This document shows positions 12,251 to 24,897 of a stretch of 64,000 nt of DNA, in pieces (position 1 is the stretch's first letter; the number at the start of each line of letters is the position of its first letter). This DNA is from Mobula hypostoma (taxonomy: Eukaryota). The notes beneath the pieces are model-generated. The model ran no database searches and was not told where the DNA came from. It saw nothing but the letters and a program-made list of their open reading frames with translations. A program made the translations under genes and the position numbers. Location of the stretch: the NCBI RefSeq assembly GCF_963921235.1, contig NC_086108.1, positions 42,038,001-42,102,000 of the forward strand, in the 5' to 3' direction.

Positions 12251-14070
12251 GGAAAGTCCTGTTTATGTAACTTCAAGTGAAATAAATGAGTGACATTCTA
12301 TGAGACAGATAAAATATTAATCTACCACCTGCAGTACTACAGATAAAACATTAACCTACCATTGTCATAAAGTTTCCAACACAGCTTCGAAATTGATAAC
12401 ATTTACTTAATTAAAAGATTCTATGGAGTCTCTGCTTTAGAAGTAAGCATTACTTTATTTAAAAACCTGAAAGGTTTTCCCTGCACTTATGTGAGCATGA
12501 AGAAGCAAGGCACTTTTGACTGCAGATCAGCAAAGTCAACAAGTGTGAGTGGTGGTGCAAATAAATTACATTGTCTTTAATGCTGTAATAACTCTAATAC
12601 AAGTGCTATTTATCCCTTTGATTTTACAATTTCAAGTCCGTACAGTCAACCTTGATTTTTGAAATACAAGGAATGGCATATCAGTGTAACGATTCAGATT
12701 TTTTTTACATTCAGAGAAAATAATCCCTACCAAAACAAACAAAGCAATTTTCTGAGCCAAGCTGAAATTCATCGGCTTTAATTCTAACATACTCTACTCT
12801 TCTTGGACGACAAAAAAAAACACATTTTAAATATAACTGCTAGGCCATTCACAAATGAGTAAAGTATGCTGGAAAGATTTATCCAGAAACATTTTAACTA
12901 TTGTAAGGATCCCCAAGCTGTCAGCTGCGTAGTAAAGTACCCTTGAGTGATGTAGTTTGACACAGAACACAGTAGCACCCATCCACCAAACTATATTCAA
13001 ATATTACTAGTTGTTAAATTAACCATTCCAACAACTTATTTGAGAATTTGAAAACAATAGGCACTTTTGAGACTGTCAAAGCCTCTACACACATTACCTC
13101 TGCAACAATAGAGATACTTTTTCATCCCATTATATTCATCTGAAGTGAAAGATCAATGTGCAAACCCCTTGCACCTCAATTATTATAACTTGTGCTTAAA
13201 GAACAAAACAGGAACGTGTAATATGGTCTGAGGAAGATGACTATGTTCATCATTATTTTTAGATATTATTGCATACATACATTTTGTGCTTTTCTCTAAA
13301 ACAGCAAACTCACTTTCGTGGAAGAATCAGATAATAACCTAACCTACATTATTGAAGTAGCTGAGAAACATTGCAGTATAATTCAGCTCATATAATATGT
13401 TCTTTCCTTGTACCATTTATTCTTAGATGGATTCCGTTTATTTTCACTTGGGAGAACCTCTGTAGCCAGTTTTTAACTAGAATTGCAATTTAAATGGTTA
13501 TCAGCTGGGATCATTAATCTCCAGGCAGTAAAATACAAAACATCTGAAATAGAAGTATGACTTCTCAGGCCTGGATCACAGAAGATTTTCCCTTTCAAAA
13601 GCCTTGTGATCGTGTGGCAAATTTAGGGCTAAACCATCAAGGTACTGACCCAGGCAGGGTCTGATGGTGCAACTCTTTGTCTTCAGATCAGAACACAACA
13701 GGTTAACACTCTATCTATACTACCAAGGAAAGTACTGAGGGCAGGCTTGGTAGCTGAATACCCAGAAAGATATTAGCCCAGTTCACCTGCTGTTGTTTTT
13801 ATCAACTTTAAAAAAACATATACAAAAGGAAAATATTATTCAACCATTTTTTTTGTGAAATATGGTACCAACCCTTGAGGGAAGAGTGGAAGGAAAATGC
13901 ATTTTATACAAGGCAAAAGGGTGTATTTTCAGTACCAAAAGTTTACAAAAATTCAATCAGTTCAGTAATAAATAGCAACAATATATATATCTGCTGCATT
14001 TCTAATATTAAGAATGTACAGGAGATTCTGTAGATCGTAAACCATAAATGAAGTGCAATGAAACAATCAT

Positions 14071-14076
14071 TTTATT
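14071..14076 (-). promoter_or_regulatory. Candidate polyadenylation signal (AATAAA) for KIF14; alternatives at 13416-13421 and 12454-12459
   Basis: tttatt on the + strand ~45 nt past the stop, in a stretch (~12250-14120) with no recognised repeats, consistent with a 3' UTR. Which signal is used cannot be told from sequence. Confidence 0.35.
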
Positions 14077-14120
14077 GCTTATGATATTAAAGATTTGATG
14101 AACTTCAGGTTGGCGATCTT

Positions 14121-14515
14121 TCAAACCCATTGTGCACTTGATTTTTCTGAAGCTGAAGTTGTTCCTTGGAGTGTGTATACAACTTTCTTAACACCTCTAC
14201 CATACCACCTAGCAGAGTTAACATCTGTGGAAGTCTTGATCTTCCCTTCGTTCTTTTCATTGTTATCAGAGTAACTTGGGTGTCTCTCTTCATCTTGAAG
14301 ATATTCAATTAAATCAAGGAAAGAGCAGGCAGCCAGCTCTATTTCACTTAGCGCTAACTGAGAATCTTTGTCAGGTTTACTTTCTCTGACAGAGGATGCA
14401 CTCTTCTCATGGCGTGAGGAAGCCCAGAGCCTCCCAAATTTATCAGCCACTTGCTTTACTGATGAACAAACCACGTCTATGAATTTTTTTAGCTGATCAT
14501 TGGCCACACTGTCAC
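14121..14515 (-). CDS. KIF14: KIF14 last coding exon, ending ...RWYGRGVKKVVYTLQGTTSASEKSSAQWV*
   Basis: ctcttgcag acceptor; open to TGA at 14123-14121. The C-terminus matches the recalled KIF14 ending GVPKRVYELHG...QWV*. Confidence 0.93.
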
Positions 14516-15860
14516 CTGCAAGAGTTCACCAACAATGACATAAAAATTCAATGCTAACAGTGTTAAAATAGAAGAATTTGTATTTTATTTTATGTACTGT
14601 TTTCCCACCCCAAACTGAAAAGAAGAACAAGAGTCAAATATCTATGGTATCTAGGCCAGGTAAGTGGAAAAATACGAAGAAAACAGAATCAAACATACCC
14701 AGATAACTGATATGATAGATTTGAACAAAAATGGTTTAACAGAATAAGAGTAAGTGACTTTGTCTTAACACCAGATTATGAATTCTACTTGATTTAACAG
14801 ATCTAATTTTATAGGCAAATTAACTTAAGAACTTCAGTTCTTTTTAAGAATCCAAATTCCATGAATAAACTGAAAATTCACATCATCCACCAACACTAAA
14901 TCATGATAGTCAATGCCTCTTACTTTCTTTCAAGTTTGTCATTTAAAATCATGTACAAAACTTGTTTATTTTTATGCACGTTTTCTGTGATCCAAATATT
15001 GTACAACATGTAAAGAACAACAGGCTAGTTTTAGTCTACATGCATACCATTTGAAAGCATGGTATTATCTATCAACCAAAGGAATTGGAAAAATGAGGCA
15101 GAATTTTTAATATAGGTCTCTTGTTATCACTATAGCATGTCCAAGGGAGAATTTAATTCTGACCATTCACAAAACGAAGATCACAGTTCCTGAAACTGAA
15201 TTTGTTTTGGTCATGAACACAAAAGAAAATGATAAAACCTTAAGTATCAAAAAAATTAAGTAAATACTTCAGATTGAAAACTACATAATTTTCACCCGCC
15301 CCCACTCATACCCTATACCAGATACTTGTAAAAAAGCCTGTGTTTTTGCATTTGCTTTATTTGAATGTGGGTCACCCACAGACATGACTGTAATAAGGCT
15401 GGAATAATTGTCTCCATTTCAGTTGTCAGAATATTTTAGAATCAACTGAACACTTTGTCTGTCCCATGATAAAACCATCAAATTTAAATGTGATTCATTG
15501 CAATGGATAATGAAAAAACATCCCAGATCATAAAAAAATCTTTCAATTATTGCTGCATTCAAAATAGGTAAAAATATCTGGAATTCATACTCCCCAAGCT
15601 TTTGCTTCAGAATTGAACTTGAATTTGATAAACGTTCTACTCCAGCATTATGTTTACACGTAAGGCAGCCAAGAAGAGAAGAATGCATTTGCAAGTTCAA
15701 AAAGCTACATGTTAAGCATTGTAATTATAAGGAAAAAATGCAAATAAACTTTGAAAATGAGGATAAATATATGCTTGAAATTCCTGGCAGAACTATACCT
15801 TAATATTCTGGATAGATTTCTCTAGAATTAAAATACCCAAGTAAATGTTAAATACCTTAC

Positions 15861-15999
15861 CTCTCAGCACCAAAGTCATCAGCTGGTATAAACTGTGTGA
15901 ACTTTCATTAAGCTTCACCATTACAGCAGCAACGGTGAGCAGGGTCTTGAGCGAGTCCATACAACAGGTCATGTTTTCTTGGATTTGAGCACCCATCTT
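15861..15999 (-). CDS. KIF14: KIF14 penultimate coding exon: KMGAQIQENMTCCMDSLKTLLTVAAVMVKLNESSHSLYQLMTLVLR(G)
   Basis: ttttgtggcag acceptor (NAGNAG) and gtaagg donor; 139 nt, phase 0 to 1. Confidence 0.87.
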
Positions 16000-18289
16000 C
16001 TGCCACAAAATTATTTTGAAATCAAAAATGAAAAGGTATGAGCGTCTAAGACAAAGTCATTAAATTTCACAATGCCAGTCTAGTATGTACATACACTAAG
16101 TATTGCTAGAGATGGTGTGATATAAATGATAGGTGGACTTGATAAAGGATATCTATCAGGATGTCTATCAGCACAGCTTGGTTTCCAATCACAACACTGT
16201 TTTAAATCTCTAGGAACAGGACCTTTTGAAACATTAGCTATAAAGTAAATAGAAAACCGGGGTATTGCCATAAAATTAATACAAATTCTTCCTGCATAAC
16301 CCTATATTGAGTGACCCAAAGATACACTTAAGAATATACAATTTCATTATACTTACAGGCCAAGCATCAATACAAGCCAGCATGAAAAGAAGCAGCCAAA
16401 ATAAACAGAACAATGAATTTTTAAAGAAGCTCCTTTGAATTAGTCAACATAGTCTTTCATAACCACTGAAAAATCACATTCTCGTTTGTCTGCTAACCAA
16501 ATATTTCAGCATGACAGTCTCCTTTGTGGGAATAGGTAACAAAGAGTTGGCCATGCGAGAGAGATACTTCCCAGCTTTTCTCTGCTCATTTCAATAAATC
16601 ACAAGACATAACAAGTGACCTGTAGACTCCTTTTGTTCAATGAAGGAACCACTTTCTGTTGTATATTCAAACAGGGATGTCTAAAATAAAATATTTTCTG
16701 TTTGCAAAACCGCATACATTTTCTGGGGCTCATTCTCCAGTTGCGTCTGAGACTTTCAATCTCAAACGTCCTGGCTGAATAAACATTCAGCTTCCATTTA
16801 AACTGAATGTGATGCGTGTTACCAAAAGTCAAGTTTAACTGGAACATAACAACCAAGCATCAACATGCTCACCGCAGCAACAATAAAATTTGCATCCCCT
16901 CAGTAAACCGTCAGTAGATGACAAATTATCGAGTCAATTCACAGAAAGGAAGGAATGAAAGGGACTTTAACAAGCAATTTATTAAGCAGCTTCATCACTA
17001 ACCCTTCTACTAATTCAATGAAACTTGCAGATTTTCTGTTGTCCATACAGGCTTAATCTATGAATTGTTTGTGCTTAATCAGAAAAGAGAATGTGGTGTG
17101 AGAGATAACAGAACCTGCCTTTTACAGATAAGGTTACCATTGAGCACATAATTTGTAGCAACTAAGTGTGAACATACAGATAGGTTCAAGAAGTACATTA
17201 GAGTTTGGGAATGCTATTCATAAAATAATATCAATTAATTCTGATTATGTTGTAATGGAAGTGGGAGGTTTAATTTTCATTAATATAGCTCTTAATGTAA
17301 CTTTTTTAAAGTTGCAAATCATGATAGCTCTATATGATTTAGCATGGAAATGAAAATACCTCAGATCACGGTAGTCATGGTTTTGTCCCCCAGTTAGTGG
17401 ATTCTTTGTGAAAATCCCAGTTTGTAGTTAGATATTAAAGAATACATTTCCAGTTTAAACCTGGATAATGCTTTAAAATTATTTAAGTTGGAAAAAGCCA
17501 ACTGAACATTTGCACTTTAACACTATACAGCAATGGAAACACACGACACAAATGCCTCAATATTTAAAACAATAAACTGAGTGCCTTCACAGAACTGGGT
17601 CTTAAATACCGACTTTTCAAAAACTTGAAAGTTATTCTTTCCTTTCAGCATTCCCATTCTGTCAAACAAGTGTGGAAAGTTCCCCTGACAAAATGCATTA
17701 ATTACATGGGGTTGAGTGGAATTTGGGATCAGCCATGACGGAATACAGAGCAGACTCAATGGGCTGAATAGCCTAATTCTGCTCCTGTGTCTTATGGTCC
17801 TATGGTCTATGGACCCAAAACTATTTTCACATTATGTACAACAACACTAGTGATTTTTCTGTCATTTACAAGCACACTAATCATTCATCCAATATTCATA
17901 TCTAAATTATCAACTCATTATAGTCAGGGTCCCAGCCACGGATCTTGTGGTACACCACTGTTCACAATCTTCCAATCACCAAAGCAACTCACCACCATCA
18001 CCTTTATTATCAAGCCAATCTCGGATCTAATTTGCCAAGTTGCCCCGGATCCTAAGGACAACTCATATCCATGGGCAATCTTTTAGATCTGTCTTCTAAG
18101 TGGGACTTTGTCAAAAGCCTCACTGAAGTTCAAGTAGACCATACAATCTATACTGCCCTTATAGATAAGTCTTCAGAGTTCTCCACAACAACCTGACTGA
18201 ACACTTAAATCTTGTTATGACTGCATAATGAGAAATGAGTGGTTTTCATAGTTACATGAAAAAGGATCTAGTGTTTTCCAAGTGTATAT

Positions 18290-18645
18290 CACGAATAAAC
18301 TCTTCTCAGGGTTCAAGCCGGGGATACAGGTATTGATTATAACCGAAGTTTCAATGACAAACTCTGCCACCTTCTTCAGGGATAATGCTTGGGCATGTCT
18401 AGTCCGGTGGTATTTATACCCCTATATTCTGTGCCTCCTGGTTGGTTAGTCCTCATCTAATCAGGTTTCTGCTCTTCCACCTTTTTTTGAATAATCAAAT
18501 TCCAGTTCTTACTTAGAGCAAGATCTTCATCTTTGTTAAAATTCTTTTCCTCTAGTTTTATTTCAATAGAGTGCAAGTTTGTCATCGAAATGTTGGTTAC
18601 AATCAATACCTGTACCCGGTTTGAAGCCCGAGAGGAGTTTAATCA
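18290..18645 (-). mobile_element. Second-family Penelope-like element, 5'-truncated, with an inverted copy of its 3' end
   Basis: The minus strand encodes IEIKLEEKNFNKDEDLALSKNWNLII (PLE GIY-YIG C-terminus) followed by cctgaagaaggtggcagagtttgtcattgaaac (hammerhead-like). 18296-18363 is an inverted repeat of 18577-18641. Confidence 0.75.
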
Positions 18646-19413
18646 TCATGTTTTCATACTTTTTGTATCTTCCTTTCACTTCCCTCTGATTTTAAAATAG
18701 TGAGACCATTTCAAAATCTACTATATTGTATCGAATAACTATCTTAAATAATATAGATAATTTTAATTTTGTCCTTTCACAATAGCTCCAGAGATACCTT
18801 TTACACCTGCTCTTAAAAGAGGCCAGAAAGTGGCAAAGATTTGGGGAAAAAAACTATAAATGTCAAAATTTGATAGAATACAGAAGCAACAAAACTGAGA
18901 CATGAAACTACTGTACTGGTACATTAATGTTTCTTCTAATGTGCTGCTTACAAACTAACATATGATATTCAAATCATTGTTTTCCTGAAATTTGTTGTGA
19001 AGTTATCCTATGTAAAACCATAGTAAGAGGTGGAACATTCTGGAATGGTAATTTTAAGCCATTATGAAATGTTAGCATGTAAACTGGGGATTGAGATGTT
19101 TCAAAGCAGCAATAAGCATTCAATGCAGCTTCACTTTATCCAGTTGTTTTATAATGCAATGATATTTGATTAAAAGTTTTAGTCAACACACTCGCACAAG
19201 TGTAAATTAACAACTCCACAAATGGGTGTGTGTAAATAAATCAATTATAACTGAGCAATCAGAGAAACTTACAGCAAGAAACAGGCCCTTTCAGTCCACC
19301 TTGACCATACCAAAACATGATGATTATCAACACTAATCCCATTTTCCCTCATTAGGTCCCTTTTCCTCTATAGCTTTTCTAAGCAAGTGCTTGTCCAAAT
19401 GCTTTTTAAAATA

Positions 19414-20223
19414 CAAACAACAGGAATTCTGCAGATGCTGGAAATTCAAGCAACACACATCAAAGTTGCTGGTGAATGCAGCAGGCCAAGCAGCATCTAT
19501 AGGAAGAGGTGCAGTCGACGTTTCAGGCTGAGACCCTTCGTCAGGACTAACTGAAGGAAGAGTGAGTAAGGGATTTGAAAGCTGGAGGGGGAGGGGGAGA
19601 TGCAAAATGATAGGAGAAGACAGGAGGGGGAGGGATAGAGCCGAGAGCTGGACAGGTGATAGGCAAAAGGGAATACGAGAGGATCATGGGACAGGAGGTC
19701 CAGGAAGAAAGACGGGGGGGGGGGGTGACCCAGAGGATGGGCAAGATGTATATTCAGAGGGACAGAGGGAGAAAAAGGAGAGTGAGAGAAAGAATGTGTG
19801 CATAAAAATGAGTAACAGCTGGAGTACGAGGGGGAGGTGGGGCCTTAGCGGAATTTTTAGTCCTGAATTTTTATGCACACATTCTTTCTCTCACTCTCCT
19901 TTTTCTCCCTCTGTCCCTCTGAATATACCTCTTGCCCATCCTCTGGGTCAACCCCCCCCCGTGTCTTTCTTCCCGGACCTCCTGTCCCATGATCCTCTCG
20001 TATCCCCTTTTGCCTATCACCTGTCCAGCTCTCGGCTCTATCCCTCCCCCTCCTGTCTTCTCCTATCATTTTGCATCTCCCCCTCCCCCTCCAGCTTTCA
20101 AATCCCTTACTCACTCTTCCTTCAGTTAGTCCTGACGAAGGGTCTCGGCCTGAAACGTCGACTGCACCTCTTCCTATAGATGCTGCTTGGCCTGCTGCGT
20201 TCACCAGCAACTTTGATGTGTGT
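19414..20223. mobile_element. Fold-back Penelope-like element insertion #3 (tailed arm on -), in a KIF14 intron
   Basis: ~360-bp arms (~19449-19809 and 19867-~20227) with a ~57-nt loop; tail on the left arm only. TSD tgctttttaaaata at 19400-19413 and 20224-20237. Confidence 0.92.
19513..19548 (-). ncRNA. Minimal hammerhead ribozyme motif in KIF14 sense orientation (mirror copy at 20128-20163 on +)
   Basis: Reverse complement reads agtcCTGACGAagggtctcagcctGAAAcgtcgact. Confidence 0.7.
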
Positions 20224-20329
20224 TGCTTTTTAAAATATCTGTGTCCAGAACTTCATCTGGCAGCTGGCTACAAATATTCACTACTCTATGACAAACCTAC
20301 CCCTCATATCTTCTTTAACTGATTTGAGT

Positions 20330-21810
20330 TGTAGGGAGATAACTAGAAGGAGTCTGGAGGGACAAGATCTACCATCACTTGGGTAGTCAAGACCTGATCA
20401 AGAATAGTCAGCATGGTTTTGTGCATGGGAGCTTATGCCTGATGAATTTTTAGGAGGTTTTTTTGAAAAGAGAATAGATGAAGGTAGGGCATTAGGTGTT
20501 GTCTATTTGGACTATAGTAAGGCCTTTGAACAAAGTCCTGAATATGCTAATTTGGAAGGTTAGGTTTCATGGGATTCAGAGGGAGCTAGCAAGATAGATT
20601 CACAATTGACTTAATGATTGGAAGCAGAGGTCGATGATTGAAGGTCTATTTTCTGACTTGAGGCCTGTGATGGTGGGATGCCCCAGCGATCAGTGTTGGG
20701 ACCTCTGTTATTCATTATTTTTCTAAATGATTTGGCTATGGTATGATCAGGAAGTTTGCTGATAATACTAAATTAGGGAGTCTTGTTGATAGTGAAGCAG
20801 ATTACAATGAATTGCAAAGAGATCATGATCAGTTAGGGAGAAGGGCTGAGGAATGACAAATTATTCCAATTTAGGTATGTGTAAGGAGATGTGGTTTGGG
20901 CAGTCTAACCAGAGTAAGACCTATACAGTGAATGGCAGGGCATTGAGAAGGGTTGGGGAACAAAGAGATCTGGGAGTACAAGTGCACGGTCCACATTGTG
21001 GTGAAGGTGTTTAGCATGCTATCCTTCATCAATCAGCTGGCCGGTGATGTAGTGGCATTCATACTGGACTTCGAGGCGAGTGGTCCTTGGTTCAAATCCA
21101 GCTGGCTCCGTGCACGCTTTCCATCCATGCTGGGTTGAGCATTGAGCTAGCAACTCGGCCTCATAAAAAAACAGACAAATGCTAGAGAAATGGCAAAGCT
21201 ACTGCCTGGTGTGCCACAGGACACAAAGAGGAACAACAACAACATCATCATCAGTCAGGGTGTCGCATTTAGGAGTAGGGGCAGTTTGATGCAGTTATAT
21301 AAGTCATTGATTAGGCAACTCGTGTAGTATTGTGTACAGGTTTGGAAAGATAATGTCAAGCTGAGAATGCTGCCCGGACTAGAGGGCTTGAGTTATAGGG
21401 AGAGGCTGGCTACACTGGATTTCTATTCCACAGAGTGCAGAAGAATGAGAGATAACTTTGTATAAGTTTATAAAAGCATGACAAGTATCAATAAAGTGGA
21501 CAGTCACAATCTTTTCTTCACGATTGGGGAGTCCAAAACTAAACGGCGCAGATACAAGATATTTAAGAGAGAGATTTAAGAGACCTGAGAAGGAACTTCT
21601 TTACAGATGGTAGCGAGTACCTGGAAGGAGCTGCCAGAGGAAGTGGTCAAGGTGGGTACAGTTGCAATATTAAAGAGGAATTGGGTAAGTACATGGAGGG
21701 GAAGGACTTGGAGAGTTATGGGTCAAACATGACCAACTGGGATTAGCAGGGAGAATGCTATGGTCGGCATAGGCCAGTTGGGCCAAAGGGCCTATTTCTG
21801 TACTGACTTT
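20330..21810 (+). mobile_element. Degenerate CR1 RT/3' fragment with a tRNA-SINE inserted at ~21037-21245
   Basis: Decayed QHGFVHG and [11 protein letters not shown] motifs. The SINE has ggccggtgatgtagtgg / ggttcaaatcc boxes, an (aac)n tail and imperfect flanking repeats catcaatcag / catcagtcag. Confidence 0.75.
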
Positions 21811-22165
21811 AAAATGCTCACTTTTTGCCATAAACCTGTGCTCTCTAGTTTTTGACTCACCTGCTCTAGAAAAAAAAGATTCTGACTAGTTGTTCTATCA
21901 ATGCCCTTCATAATTAATATCAAATTTTTAATATTTACTATCGATTTGTAATCCAGGGAGCGCAAAGCACAGAATCAGATATTGCTGTGATGATTATACG
22001 CTCTCGTATCAATTGTTTGGCGACAATAAAGTAATTTTATAAACCTAAGATCACCCCCTCCACTGAAAATAAACGGGGGTATCCAATCACATCAGTTATT
22101 CTAGGATCAAACTACTAAAAAGAGAACAATTAATCTGAATGGCGCTGATAAACAAATCGCCCCAC

Positions 22166-22240
22166 CTTTTTAAGTTCCATGAGATAGTTCTGGATTGAAA
22201 CAGACAATGCCATACTCCTCTTCTTCAGTTGCTCAAGTGC
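22166..22240 (-). CDS. KIF14: KIF14 coding exon: ALEQLKKRSMALSVSIQNYLMELKK
   Basis: Not in the ORF track. ttgttttaacag acceptor and gtgggg donor; 75 nt open, phase 0-0. Position and amphipathic pattern fit KIF14 (MKTNAMGLIRSLEN). Confidence 0.8.
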
Positions 22241-24774
22241 CTGTTAAAACAAGGTGATTATGCTTTACAGCCGTAAATGTGCTGAATCAACCTAAATCCA
22301 TTCTACGTGAACCACTAAGTCTTGATTTACTTTTCAGAAACTGTTAAACTTGTGTTAAAGCTATTTTAAGTGAGACTTAGGCTATCCTCTAGTAATGATA
22401 CCTGAATCTCCCCCAAACTAATAAGCACAATTACATGCCAATTTTTATTTAATCATGATGAAGGGACGCCACAGGAAAGAAAAAGGGAAAAACAGATGCT
22501 ATGAAGCTGGAGAAACCAAGAGAATGAAATGGAAACTGCAGATGAAGCAAGGAGGAAATAATGCAGTCAAAGTAGCTGTGGGAATCTGTGCACCTGTAGA
22601 GAATTCAAAAAGCAAGGCGCGACTAGATTGCTTAAGGGAAGAAACAAGGTTGGCAACATTGGAAAGGTGACACTGGACAATCAAGGAGACACAAGACTTG
22701 AGGCACTCAAATCTGGATCAATATACAAGATAGTGGAGCACCCTTCATCAAGCCAAATGAAGGGTCTCGACCCAATACATTGACTGTCCATCTCCCTCTA
22801 CAGATGCTGCCTGATTCACCAAGTTCCTCCAGCTTCTTATTGCTGTACAATCATGGTCTATCTTATTATCCCAAAGATTTCAGGCAAACCCTAAAAGGAG
22901 CAGACAGACAGAGTATGGCATGATCACTGAGGATGCATTCTGATACTTCAATTTGGTGCCGGTCCAAGGATAAAGAGCTGTTCAAACTGAACTGCCATAT
23001 ACTGTAGATAGATGCAGACCTAAAAGTAGCACGTTCTCAGAGATGAGAGAAGAGCTTGTAGATAAGCAAGAAGGATACAATAGCAGAGAGGTCATGGGTT
23101 TGTTCTATGAGGTAGGTCTGAATAACAATATAAGATTTCAAAAAGAGAGGGATACAAATGTCAGATGATGATAAATAGTTAACAATGTAGCTGGCATGGG
23201 GCCTCGAAGGAAAGTGAAAGCAGGAGGGAAATCCTTTCAGCATATAAATTTGTGTGCACATAACTGAAGATAGGAGGTAACTCTGAAGAAGTTAGCTTGA
23301 GGATTGTCAGGAACCAATCAAGAAGCAACTGAAATATGAACTCAACCTAAATGGTATTGCACTCAGGCTCAAGGGTTAAAGAGACAGTCAGAGAAAATTC
23401 AGTTAATATTTAAGAATAGTCTTGCAACAAAGCACAGGAGGGTTCAGTAATACTTGGTGTGATACAAGCAGATTAATTTGTGAATAACTTAAACCAGTTG
23501 TTTGATTTATGCTTCTAAGTCTTCTGCTCTTGATTCAAGAGCAAAGATGAGAGAACACAAAGGTGAAAGAATACATGGAATCGGCCAACAATATAGGAAC
23601 TAATGTAACTGTTGGAAACAAGGAATCCGCCACAAAATAAGGATGTAAGGATGTGAATTTAAAAAAAACATATTAATGGAGATTCAGGAGAGTGTTAGGG
23701 AGACTGTGAATGGTCCCTAAACGTTGATAACATTTTACTAAAAGCTGTTGTTTGTCACCTTTAACGAGTGGCATTCTGCGATTAACTGGATATCTCCATT
23801 GATGAATCAAAACCCTCATTGCTGAGATTGATGTCATAAGGCAACATTGTAGCATTACAGCACTTAAATAAACATCCAAGTGCTAATCATCTTACATTTA
23901 TCCCCATCAACATACAATAACCCACATGGTATCTTATATTTACAAAAATAAAAAGATCAATGTTGCTATGCAACCAGAAAAGTGCAGGAGAAAGGACATG
24001 TACTGATTCTAGCTACCAGTGATGCTACTTATCATATGCACACTTCTTTAATTAACCTCAGAGCTATTCTGTTGGGTGACAACAATAGCTATTCAAAAAA
24101 TTTACCTCTGTGTTTCAGAGGTATAAACCAAAAGCCTTCTTTTACTATCATTTAGAGCAGAAGTTTATGGGAAAAATGTAAAATTACAAAGCAGATAAAC
24201 ATTAACCAACTAATTTCATTTTAGCATACATTCAAAATTTTATAGACAACATAAAAGCACTCGAGTGTCTAGATTAAAATGAAACATGCTTCTTGTTTCA
24301 TCTTAAGCTTGACATGATGTTTGCACATTAGGACACATTTCTGCTTAATAATGGTATGAAAGATTCTGCAGAATGATTTGTGAAAAAAATGTTTGTTAAA
24401 ATATTGTACTTGAATGCAAAATTTCTTTTTATAATATTGGTATGCTAGACAGGATAACTTGGCAACTTATAAAGTTGCCATGGGTGATTGGCTAATGATT
24501 TAAAATTTCATAAAGTTTTCTGATTCAGTATTTGGACTTCACACATTAATTTTCAGACCAAGTTCTTGGCATCTAATAAAAACCAATATTATGAGCAGAA
24601 ACAGAGATAACCATATTTTAATGGATTGATGATTAATCATTCATTGACATGAAAGCAAAGTTTCAATAATCAAATTTCAATATTCACATTAAATTATGCA
24701 TTTGTAATTCAAACACTATTTTTTGGGCTATGCCAAATGGTGGTGTTTATTAATAAAAAGAAAGGTCATACTAC

Positions 24775-24897
24775 CTCCACATCAGGCGACTCTTTTTGCA
24801 AAAGCTTCTGATGTTCTTTTATTCCTTTTAGGCCAACATTCAGAAGACTCTCCATTCCAGAGAATCCCCCCTCATAAAAACTGGCAAAAATATTTCT
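24775..24897 (-). CDS. KIF14: KIF14 coding exon: RNIFASFYEGGFSGMESLLNVGLKGIKEHQKLLQKESPDVE
   Basis: Not in the ORF track; translated by hand. ttgtcttcag acceptor and gtagta donor; 123 nt open, phase 0-0. Resembles KIF14 GMKILLDSGLEKAKELQ. Confidence 0.87.

Noticed and set aside
19562..20179. 205-aa ORF crossing the large palindrome
   Set aside because: Low-complexity purine/pyrimidine PLE UTR read through the hairpin; no domain features.
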